A DNA stretch of 64,000 bases from Candidatus Latescibacterota bacterium (lineage in GTDB: Bacteria > Latescibacterota > UBA2968 > UBA8231), in the NCBI GenBank assembly GCA_965203355.1, contig OZ241889.1, positions 2,720,001 through 2,784,000 of the forward strand, written 5' to 3'. Positions 1 through 7,915 of the stretch are shown one piece after another (position 1 is the stretch's first letter; the number at the start of each line of letters is the position of its first letter). A program made the position numbers and the translations under genes. A model generated the notes under the pieces. It was given only the letters and a program-made list of their open reading frames with translations, did not search any database and was not told where the DNA came from.

Positions 1-997
1 GGCGCTTGGCGCGCTCGTGTTCCCTGTTGGTGCGGCTGAAGATATGGGTGCCGTCGCCGCGTGCGACGAAGTAGAGATAGTCGGTTTTCTCGGGGTAGAG
101 CACGGCGAGAAGAGCCGTGCGCCCGGGGTTGCTAATGGGGCTGGGGGGCAGGCCGTGGTGGCGATACGTGTTGAAGGGCGAATCCACCTTCAAGTCGGCA
201 TAAGTCAGCCGCTTCTTGTTCTCGCCGAGAACGTAGTTGATCGTCGCGCAGGATTCGAGGCGGCGGTTGAGTTTGAGGCGGCGTTGGAAGACGCCGGAGA
301 TAATGGGCTGCTCTTCAACGGCCACTGCTTCGCGCTCGACGATCGAGGCCAACGTCACAGCTTGGTGCAGCGAAAGTTCAAGATCGTTGAGCCGCTGGCG
401 CAGGGAGTCGGCGAATACGCGGTAGAATTGGCCGACCATGAGCGAGGCGATGGCGCGTTCATCGGCGTTTGGGTCGAAGAAATACGTTTCGGGGAAGAGA
501 TAGCCTTCGAGCGTGGACGCGGCCACCCCGAGTTGGCGGATGAGCTGCGGGTCTTCGGTGGCGGCGATAAAGCGAGCCGAATCCGCCACGCCTGCGGCCT
601 GCAACTGGCTCGCGATCTGGTGGCGATGCAGCCCCTCGGGGATTGTCGCGGGTTGGGTTTGGATGGGAGCCTTGAGCAGGGATTGGACTAGGTCGGCTGT
701 CGTGCCGATGCCGTCGAGCTGATAGGTACCTGCCTTAAGCTGATGACCGAGGCCCTTGAACTGGACAGTCCAAGCAAAGACGTGGGCGTTGTGGATTAGA
801 TTTTCCCGCGCTAGCAACTGGCCGATCCAGCGGGCACTCGCACCTTGGGGGATGTGGATTGTACGCGCTGGGTATTCGTAGGTCGGTTGGTTCAAATACC
901 AAAATCCCCCAAGCGGCAACGCCACTCCGACCAGTGCAATAGCCGCGACGACTAAGAGGGCGCGGTACCAACGTGCAGACTTGGTTTTGGTTGACAT
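1..997 (-). CDS. mltG: Endolytic transglycosylase MltG (YceG family), 3' end runs off the window
   Basis: Not in the ORF track (no stop in window). Manual translation from ATG at 997 gives MSTKTKSARWYRALLVVAAIALV (TM), LKAGTYQL, TIPEG, LEGYLFPETYFF, VTLASIVEREA, DSPFNTYRHHGLPPSPISNPG, YLYFVARGDGTHIFS. Confidence 0.95.
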   Translation of the reverse strand, partial: MSTKTKSARWYRALLVVAAIALVGVALPLGGFWYLNQPTYEYPARTIHIPQGASARWIGQLLARENLIHNAHVFAWTVQFKGLGHQLKAGTYQLDGIGTTADLVQSLLKAPIQTQPATIPEGLHRHQIASQLQAAGVADSARFIAATEDPQLIRQLGVAASTLEGYLFPETYFFDPNADERAIASLMVGQFYRVFADSLRQRLNDLELSLHQAVTLASIVEREAVAVEEQPIISGVFQRRLKLNRRLESCATINYVLGENKKRLTYADLKVDSPFNTYRHHGLPPSPISNPGRTALLAVLYPEKTDYLYFVARGDGTHIFSRTNREHERAKR

Positions 998-1130
998 ACT
1001 GTCGGCCTTACCTAATAAAAGTGATGCGGGTGTGTCGAGTTTCGCGCCCGTCGGTTGGGAAGTGGGCTGCGAACTAAGGCTAGCGCAAAAGTATGAATCG
1101 GGATTTTTTACAACCAAGGCTGAGTTGAAA

Positions 1131-1159
1131 AATGTATGAGAAAAGACAATTCCTGTCAA
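1131..1159 (-). promoter_or_regulatory. Putative sigma70 promoter of mltG
   Basis: Minus strand TTGACA-N17-TACATT upstream of the mltG start. Confidence 0.6.
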
Positions 1160-1190
1160 TTTGATTCGATTTCTGATAGTGGTACGTTTT

Positions 1191-1310
1191 GAAATTTAGC
1201 TTTACTCCCGTTGCACGGGTCGCTCTCGCTCGGCCTGAACCCCGGCGACCCAAGCCCGACCTCAACCATACCGCGACAATTGGAGACTTCAAAACGTATC
1301 ACGACCGAAT
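1191..1310. repeat. Degenerate direct repeat, copy 1 (downstream flank of giant surface-protein gene)
   Basis: Shares blocks TTTAGCTTTACTCCCGTTG, AAGCCCGACC, ACCGCGACAATTGGAGA and CAAAAyGTAyCACGACC with 7724-7825, in the same order and orientation. Confidence 0.9.
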
Positions 1311-1357
1311 GATTTGGTCTAATCCCGCTTTGGCAGTGCAGAGTAGTTGCCGACCTT

Positions 1358-1442
1358 GACAATAGAAATGGGAACCGACGGCGGGGACGGCGGGGCAAAC
1401 CAGTGCGCTGTCTAATTCCCGACATGGACAATAGAAATGGGA
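1358..1442. repeat. 16-bp direct repeat GACAATAGAAATGGGA x2
   Basis: Exact copies at 1358-1373 and 1427-1442; the second overlaps the terminator stem. Confidence 0.8.
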
Positions 1443-1467
1443 CCCCAGAAAACTGAGGTCCCATTTC
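1428..1467 (-). terminator. Probable intrinsic terminator of the giant surface-protein gene
   Basis: Minus strand GAAATGGGACCTCAG-TTTT-CTGGGGTCCCATTTC-TATTGT: a 15-bp stem with one G-U pair, ~30 nt after the stop at 1497. Confidence 0.75.
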
Positions 1468-1496
1468 CGTAACTCGCCAACATCGTGTCGTGGATG

Positions 1497-4400
1497 TTAC
1501 TTGAGCAGCAGCATCTTCTTGATGTCGAGGAAATCGCCGCCCGCCTGCAAGCGGTAGAAGTACATTCCCGACGACACGCTCTGGCCGCTATCGTTGGTCG
1601 CGTCCCACTCCACCGCGTAACGACCCGCCGCCTGATGCTCGGCGACCAGCGTCCGCACCGGCTGACCCAACACGTTGTACACGGTCAGCCCCACGGCCGC
1701 CGCTTGCGGCAACGCATACTGAATCGTCGTCTGCGGATTGAACGGGTTCGGATAGTTGGCCGCCAGCGAGAACACGGCCGGGCGCGTCTGCACCGCCACC
1801 GGCGCGGGCAATGCCAGCCGGTTGAAGCCCAACGCCCGGTCATACGTCTGGCTGTCGGTGATTTCGAGGGTCGTGTGCTCGATCTCGGTCGTTGGACGGA
1901 AGACTAAGCGCAGCATCAGTTCGCCGTCCGAAACGACGTCGCCGTGAGCGGCTACCGTCAACACGCCCGCTTGGTCGGCCAACACCTGCGGCGTAGCGAA
2001 TGCGCTATCACCCAGCGGCTGATCGGTCCGCGCCTCGACGAAAGTCAACTGGTCGGCGTCATACGTTACCTGCAAGCCGTAGCCCTTGACCGCCACGAAG
2101 TCGGCCAATCGCACATTAACGACGAACTCTTCTCCTACGCTCGGCAGGGCTGTCGGCGCGTCCAGATACAGTCGTGCGTCCCCGTTCAGCCCGGTCCGCA
2201 GCGGCACCGGCTTGCCTGCCGCGGCCACGCTACGACCGAAATGGTCGGCCAACACGAAGAAATCGTCGAAGTCAATCGTCCCATTCGGCGCCAGGTCAAA
2301 CGCCGGATCAAACCCGGCGTCGCCCGCCGTCAAGCCGAAGCGGTCGGCCAACACGAAGAAATCGTCGAACCCGATACGATGGTCGGCGCCGAACAGCCCC
2401 AACAGGGCCTGCCCTTGGCTATCGGCCACCCGGTTGCGCACGGCTAACGCGGTATGCTCGACCGAACCGGTCTCATTGTCCCAATCAAAGGGCCGCACCT
2501 GATAGGTGTAATGCACGCCATGCTGCGCCGTCTCATCGACGAAGGACGCGACCCCGGCCTCCACCTCGGCGACCACGGAAAACGTTTCTTCCCCGACGGC
2601 GCGGCGATAGATGCGATAGCCATGTACGCCCACGACCGGCTCGACCGGCGCCGGGCCCAACGCGCCAGCTACGACCCCTTGCAGCACCTGATCCGACGGC
2701 GACAGCGTCCACGTCAGCGCGATGCGACCGCCTTGATCGTCCGGTGCATCCAACACCTGTAGTGCGGACACAGCCAACGGCGCGATGTCGTCAGTCGCCC
2801 GCACGGCCTCGGCCGTCCAAGTAATCGACGAACTCAGCACACTACTGACGACATTTAGCTTCGGCGCCACGCCGCGAGCGTAAGCCAATGCTTCCGGCAG
2901 CAACGACGCCAGCACCGGACCCTCACCGCCCTGCGCGGCGGCGCGGCTGGCTTGCAGCGTCGCCGCCATCTGCGCGTAAGGCGCGGTCAGGTCGTCGGCC
3001 TCGACGAACACGGCCTTGGCCATCGTGTGCGTGGTGCGCCCCCCGCGCTCGGCGGCAATACCCCAGCGCGTCGAGACGTTATCCAGCGTCGCCACGATGG
3101 CACGGCCCATCGCCACCCCAGGCACGGCATCTACTTGCGCCCACGGCACCATCTCATTTTCCAGCACCGGCAACGCACGGAAAATGCGATAGCCGTCCAG
3201 CGACTTATGATCCGCCGACAACTCCCAAGACAGCATCACAAAACCGCCTTGGTCGCCTTGGCCATCCGCGCCTTTGTAGTCTTCGGCGACCAGATTAGTC
3301 GGCGCCGACAGGGGCGGCTCCACCACCGCCATGCTCAACGGCAGCGACTGACGCGCGCCGCTGGCATCCATGACCGTGTAAGTCGCGACCGTCTCGCCCA
3401 TCGTCGTCGGCGTCCCGGAAATCGTCCGGGTGGCCGGGTCAAACGACAGCCCGGTCGGCAAACCCGACACGCTATACGTCAGCGGCGGGGTGCCCCCGGA
3501 GACGGCCGGCAACGTCAGGTTTGCCGGCACGTTAATGGCGAGTTGAATCATACTGTCGTCGTGCGAGTCGGCTGGATTGGCTTTGCCGGCTCCGCTGTTG
3601 AACAGACCGAACAACGCGCTCAAGTCGCCAAAATCCAGCATCGCGTTGACCGTAATCGTGAACATCAGCGAGACGCTTTCGGCGCCAGCCATCGCCGTGT
3701 AGGTGACTTCCATGGTTCCCTCGGCTTCTGGCGTCCCGGAAATCGTCCGGGTGGCCGCGTCAAACGACAGCCCGGTCGGCAGACCCGACACGCTATACGT
3801 GATGGTGCCTTCGCCGCCCAACGCCACCGGCAGCACCAACGGCGTAATCGCCGTGCCCGCCGTGTAGGTATGGACGGCAATCGAAGCACCATCAACAAAT
3901 GCCAAGGGGAGCATCATCTCCTTATCATCGTCGCCGTCCATCATGCCGCTATCCATGTCGGTCAGCACCAGCGTCGCCGAACCCGCCGTCAAACCCGGCA
4001 GCATCGCGTTGAGCACGATCGTCTCGTCGCCTTCAGCCATACCGTCGGAGACCGGATCAACCAACAGGCGCGTCGAACCCATAATCGAACCGGCGGCAAT
4101 AGTGATGGTCGGATTGAATAGGGCCGAGTAGTCCGTGTCGCGCGTGGCACTACTCGCAGCCGCGTCAATCGAAACGGAGACCGTGGCGTTCTCGGCCAAC
4201 GGCTTGCCGTCCAGCGCGGCCATGACCATCACTTCCGTCAATTCCGCTGACTCGCTGAGCGCACTTGGCGTCACCGACAGCACCAGAGACGTGCTCGGCG
4301 TTTCGTCGTCGGAAATCCGCAGGTCCACCTGCGCCCAGCCGCCCGAAGCCGCCGCTCGCACACCCAAGTGCTTATGGCCGTCCGCCGAAGCGTTGTCAAT

Positions 4401-7118
4401 CGGCGACAGGAAAAGCGTCGTCCAACCCGCCTTTTCCCCGGCCGCGATGGTGACGGTCCCTGCTAATGTCGCCGTATAATCCACGTCGCGGGTGGCCATC
4501 GTTCCGCTGGCCGGCGGCACAATCGTGAAACGGACCGTCTCAGCCGCCGGAGCCGCGCCCGACAGAGTCGCTGTAACGCGGATTTCAGCCGTCTCGCCGT
4601 TTTCGCGCACCGCCGATTGCGAAGCCATCACGCTGGCGACGCCAATCGTCACTGGCTGAGCCTCGGCGACCGTGATGGTAAAAGTCCGCACTCCGCCATC
4701 GCCGTCGGCATCAATCGCTGTATAGACGACCGAGGCCATGCCCGCCAGCGTCGGCGTCCCGGAAAGCGTCCGCGTGGCCGCGTCAAACGACAGCCCCAGC
4801 GGCAGGTTCGACGAAACGCTGTACATCAGCGTTCCTTGACCGCCCGTCGCCGCGGGCAACACCGCGCTAAACGCTTGCCCCACCGTCGCTTCAAAGGCTA
4901 ACGCCCCAGTGCCGAAACTCGGCCATCTCGTGTCCGCGGGCGTCTCGGAAGAATCATCCATCATCGCCGCGTCTTTCAGCTTGATCGCCACGGGGCCGAC
5001 CGTGATCTTGTCGTCGTCTTGGTTCTTGAGGTCGTCCTTGAGTGGCTTCAGTGTGATCGTCTCGTCGTTGTCGGCTTTGCCGTCGTTGACCGGCGTGATC
5101 GTGATCGTCGTCGAGCCGGTGATCTCGCCGCGTGGAATCGTCAGCGAGCGAAGCACCGCCGTGTAATCCACGTCCCGCGTCGCGGCACCGGACGCATCCT
5201 CATCCAAAACCAACGAGATCGTCGCATTCGCGTCGAGCACCTTGCCGTCTAACGTGCCGGTCACCGTGACCGTCGTCTCACCCGCGTCCTCTTTGATTTC
5301 ACCCGGGCTGACCGACAGCGTGATATTCTCGCTCAGCGTCTCATCGTCCGTGATCGTGAACGTCTGCTCGTTCATCTGAGACTCTTCGGTTCCGACTTTC
5401 GCTGTCACCGTGAACGTCCGCGCATTATGCGAAGTGCTGTTGTCCACCGGCGTGACGCGCAGCGTCGCCGTGCCTTTGGTGTCGCCGGCCGGGATCGTCA
5501 AGCCCTCAATGACTTCCACCTCGTAATGCACATCGCGCGTCCCCTCACCCGCCGTAATCTGAAAGTCCACTGCCTTAGCGCCGGTTAAGGCCGTCTCCAA
5601 CTCAACGGTCATCGTAACGTCCGTCACCCCGGCGGCTTCGCGGATCGTTTTCGGACTCAGCGTAAAATTCTTGAGCCGCGCCACCGCAACGTCCTCAACC
5701 GTGATGGTGCCCGGATTGACCACAACAGGAATGACAAAAGAGTCCACCCGCTTTACCTTTGTCCCATTGGCGAAGTTACTGTTAGTGATTTTCCCATCGC
5801 CGTTAAAGTCAACACGGAGCTCGAGATGAGTCTGAGCAGTGTTTCCGGCATTCGTGGCACCTACATCAAGTAAGTATGGACCTCCTTCCGTTAGTATTTT
5901 TCCGGCGGGTACCACATAGGTATCCAAAAGATCGTCATCCTTGAAAAAGTCGATACCCAAGTCTTTTTCTACCAAGACGGTCCCCGCAGGTACGAAGTCG
6001 GAATCGGCAGTGTTATATGGATTAACACCGAAATTGAGCGCAAAAACCCCATCCCCATTTGAGTCTTTTCCAATAGATCCATCGCCGTCAAAGTCCACGC
6101 CGAGGACAGCGTTTCTATGAATGACTTCATTAAGCGTGAGCGCCTGTTTTCCCGGCGCATTATGCACATCATTATCTTTATTTAAGGTCCCTTCCATCCT
6201 TAAGTCGAACCGGACCTGCTTACCTGCGCTATTGAGCCGTTTCTTGAATTCCACCAGCAGCGTATCCTTGGCCCCCAGCACGATATTACCCGCCTTATTA
6301 TTCGGATCGACGGTGATCGTCGTCGTCGCGTCGATCTTCCGCTTTGGAATGGTCAACTTCCCCAGCCCTCGAATCGAGTAATCCACATCGCGCGTCAACG
6401 TACTAGTAGAAGAAACAACCAATTGAGTTTCAAGGTCGCGCTCCGTCCACGAGCCACCATCCAACATAGCCGTTACTTCAATCGAAGTCGCATCCGCCTG
6501 CTTGCTGAGCTTGGACGGCGAAAAAGAGAGGTTGATCGTGGGGACGAACACATCGTCGTCAATAATATCAATATAGAAGACGCCAGTAACACCAGTCCCG
6601 CTCTCAGTATAGGACGCGGCGGTTTTGCCTTTCTCGAAGATGGTTCCAGTGGAACCCTCTACGTCAATCACGATAGGAATATTAACCCGCTTTAGAACCT
6701 TCGATGTATCAATAGTACCCGTTATGGTCAGGGTATCAACATTCGCTGAAGCGTTGGCCGGGTTCGTTCCAATCCGATCATTGTTTATCGGAGTTACGGT
6801 GATCGTCCCGGTCGCCTTGCGCGCGCCCTTCTTAATCACCAAAGAGGGTAAAGATATTCTGAAGTACTCGTTGAGATAGCGGGCCGTGACACCGACGAGA
6901 CTCATCGGAAGATGAAGATCGACCTTCGCCTTCGCGTCAGCGTCGCGTAATTCGGCTGTTATCGCAATATCTTGCGCCCCTCCATCCTCGCGGACGGAAC
7001 GCCGATCAACGGATATGTCGATGTTCTCGGTCTGAGCCACAGCCTCGCCGGCCCAGCCCAACACCAAACTGGCCGCCAGCAAAAAAGGAAAGGTAAAAAG
7101 CCGCGTGTGCGTACTCAT
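1497..7118 (-). CDS. Giant secreted modular surface protein (1873 aa): Calx-beta/Ig-like repeats, putative Ig (He_PIG-like) repeats, FN3-like, EF-hand/dockerin-like, cohesin-like and C-terminal FlgD-Ig/T9SS-like sorting domain
   Basis: Signal peptide (…GWAGEAVA-Q) and AAGGAG RBS. Five TRDxxY-type repeats, three LPxGLSFDxATRTxSGTP repeats, twin FDDFFVLADxFG motifs. C-terminus NYPNPFNPQTTIQY…VYNVLGQPVRTLV…WDATNDSGQSVSSGMYFYRL…KKMLLLK. Confidence 0.9.
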   Translation of the reverse strand: MSTHTRLFTFPFLLAASLVLGWAGEAVAQTENIDISVDRRSVREDGGAQDIAITAELRDADAKAKVDLHLPMSLVGVTARYLNEYFRISLPSLVIKKGARKATGTITVTPINNDRIGTNPANASANVDTLTITGTIDTSKVLKRVNIPIVIDVEGSTGTIFEKGKTAASYTESGTGVTGVFYIDIIDDDVFVPTINLSFSPSKLSKQADATSIEVTAMLDGGSWTERDLETQLVVSSTSTLTRDVDYSIRGLGKLTIPKRKIDATTTITVDPNNKAGNIVLGAKDTLLVEFKKRLNSAGKQVRFDLRMEGTLNKDNDVHNAPGKQALTLNEVIHRNAVLGVDFDGDGSIGKDSNGDGVFALNFGVNPYNTADSDFVPAGTVLVEKDLGIDFFKDDDLLDTYVVPAGKILTEGGPYLLDVGATNAGNTAQTHLELRVDFNGDGKITNSNFANGTKVKRVDSFVIPVVVNPGTITVEDVAVARLKNFTLSPKTIREAAGVTDVTMTVELETALTGAKAVDFQITAGEGTRDVHYEVEVIEGLTIPAGDTKGTATLRVTPVDNSTSHNARTFTVTAKVGTEESQMNEQTFTITDDETLSENITLSVSPGEIKEDAGETTVTVTGTLDGKVLDANATISLVLDEDASGAATRDVDYTAVLRSLTIPRGEITGSTTITITPVNDGKADNDETITLKPLKDDLKNQDDDKITVGPVAIKLKDAAMMDDSSETPADTRWPSFGTGALAFEATVGQAFSAVLPAATGGQGTLMYSVSSNLPLGLSFDAATRTLSGTPTLAGMASVVYTAIDADGDGGVRTFTITVAEAQPVTIGVASVMASQSAVRENGETAEIRVTATLSGAAPAAETVRFTIVPPASGTMATRDVDYTATLAGTVTIAAGEKAGWTTLFLSPIDNASADGHKHLGVRAAASGGWAQVDLRISDDETPSTSLVLSVTPSALSESAELTEVMVMAALDGKPLAENATVSVSIDAAASSATRDTDYSALFNPTITIAAGSIMGSTRLLVDPVSDGMAEGDETIVLNAMLPGLTAGSATLVLTDMDSGMMDGDDDKEMMLPLAFVDGASIAVHTYTAGTAITPLVLPVALGGEGTITYSVSGLPTGLSFDAATRTISGTPEAEGTMEVTYTAMAGAESVSLMFTITVNAMLDFGDLSALFGLFNSGAGKANPADSHDDSMIQLAINVPANLTLPAVSGGTPPLTYSVSGLPTGLSFDPATRTISGTPTTMGETVATYTVMDASGARQSLPLSMAVVEPPLSAPTNLVAEDYKGADGQGDQGGFVMLSWELSADHKSLDGYRIFRALPVLENEMVPWAQVDAVPGVAMGRAIVATLDNVSTRWGIAAERGGRTTHTMAKAVFVEADDLTAPYAQMAATLQASRAAAQGGEGPVLASLLPEALAYARGVAPKLNVVSSVLSSSITWTAEAVRATDDIAPLAVSALQVLDAPDDQGGRIALTWTLSPSDQVLQGVVAGALGPAPVEPVVGVHGYRIYRRAVGEETFSVVAEVEAGVASFVDETAQHGVHYTYQVRPFDWDNETGSVEHTALAVRNRVADSQGQALLGLFGADHRIGFDDFFVLADRFGLTAGDAGFDPAFDLAPNGTIDFDDFFVLADHFGRSVAAAGKPVPLRTGLNGDARLYLDAPTALPSVGEEFVVNVRLADFVAVKGYGLQVTYDADQLTFVEARTDQPLGDSAFATPQVLADQAGVLTVAAHGDVVSDGELMLRLVFRPTTEIEHTTLEITDSQTYDRALGFNRLALPAPVAVQTRPAVFSLAANYPNPFNPQTTIQYALPQAAAVGLTVYNVLGQPVRTLVAEHQAAGRYAVEWDATNDSGQSVSSGMYFYRLQAGGDFLDIKKMLLLK
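3409..4806. repeat. Intragenic DNA repeats encoding putative Ig modules
   Basis: 3409-3479 and 3730-3800 are near-identical (GGCGTCCCGGAAATCGTCCGGGTGGCCGsGTCAAACGACAGCCCGGTCGGCArACCCGACACGCTATACGT); a third, more diverged copy lies at ~4753-4806. Confidence 0.8.
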
Positions 7119-7314
7119 GATTTCACTCCTTTAGAAAAGGGAAAAGGGATAGAAGAAAATGGACTTAGCCTTATCACTAAGCCGCTGTGTTCTTGCGTTT
7201 TTGCTACCGTTAAGCAAGACGAATCCCGCGCGGCGAGCGCTCGGGCTACAACGTCGCCGGCCGATAACCGCGCGGCTATCGAGGATGGGTTTCGTTTGTG
7301 ATGGGGATGGGTGG

Positions 7315-7349
7315 CCACTGACCACTGACCACTGACCACTGACCACTGG
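7315..7349. repeat. Heptamer tandem repeat (CCACTGA)x4 + CCACTGG
   Basis: Read directly; intergenic, upstream of the giant gene. Confidence 0.95.
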
Positions 7350-7468
7350 CCGATGGAGCTTACCGACGCGGCCGGACAGAATAATGCCGTTTCCCGCTTC
7401 CGTAGAGGAAGGGGAGCGAGGCAAATAGGTTGGTGAGTGAAGCTAGGGCTTAATGCCCAAGAAAATTC

Positions 7469-7481
7469 GGGGGGGGGGGGG
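7469..7481. repeat. Homopolymer G13 tract
   Basis: 13 consecutive G between GAAAATTC and TAAGTC. Confidence 0.95.
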
Positions 7482-7506
7482 TAAGTCATTGTTTTTTAAC
7501 GACTTA
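7482..7506. promoter_or_regulatory. Imperfect palindrome with IHF-like half-sites
   Basis: TAAGTCATTG-TTTTT-TAACGACTTA. The minus strand reads AAACAATGACTTA, one mismatch to WATCAANNNNTTR. Confidence 0.45.
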
Positions 7507-7690
7507 TGGAGATTAAGTCTCGGCGTTATCACAAGCGTAGAACAAGGCACCGCCATCAGCACCGCTCCCGGCGATGGCGTTCTTTGTGATATTGACGTTG
7601 TGCCCATGTCCTGTTAATCCGACTAAGAATGCCGCAAACGGCGGGGGTTCTATACCCAAACGCAACGCGCCGCTGTGAATTGCAAGTCCT

Positions 7691-7720
7691 ATTTTATGAA
7701 TTTCAGCAAAGGTTTGTCAA
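7691..7720 (-). promoter_or_regulatory. Putative sigma70 promoter for the giant surface-protein gene
   Basis: Minus strand TTGACA-N18-TAAAAT, immediately inside repeat copy 2. Confidence 0.55.
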
Positions 7721-7723
7721 GCG

Positions 7724-7825
7724 GAAGTTTAGCTTTACTCCCGTTGGATCGCCCCGGCTCAACCCCAAGCCCGACCGCAACCGGACCGCGACAATTGGAG
7801 ATTGCAAAATGTACCACGACCCGAT
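7724..7825. repeat. Degenerate direct repeat, copy 2 (upstream flank of giant surface-protein gene)
   Basis: Homologous to 1191-1310; the ends are conserved and the middle differs by indels. Confidence 0.9.
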
Positions 7826-7915
7826 TTCTTGACGCTAGCAGATAATCCGGTTAATTTTTTAATTTTTTGTCTTGTCGCCCCAACGCGCTCGGCTTTTCGG
7901 TGCAGGAGATTTCCG

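Noticed and set aside
17-691. 224-aa plus-strand ORF
   Set aside because: It is the antisense shadow of mltG, which has clear family motifs on the minus strand.
1497-7118. Diversity-generating retroelement targeting the surface protein
   Set aside because: No reverse transcriptase is present, and the repeat differences are not adenine-specific.
1485-7301. Many plus-strand ORFs (e.g. 2952-4121) opposite the giant gene
   Set aside because: These are high-GC antisense shadows with no recognisable motifs.
7115-7489. Minus-strand ORFs containing SGQWSVV repeats
   Set aside because: The peptide is only the translation of the heptamer repeat; there is no RBS or domain evidence.
1191-7825. CRISPR array or integron interpretation of the repeats
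   Set aside because: There are only two long copies 6.5 kb apart, with no spacer periodicity, no cas or intI gene and no clear attC-type inverted core sites.
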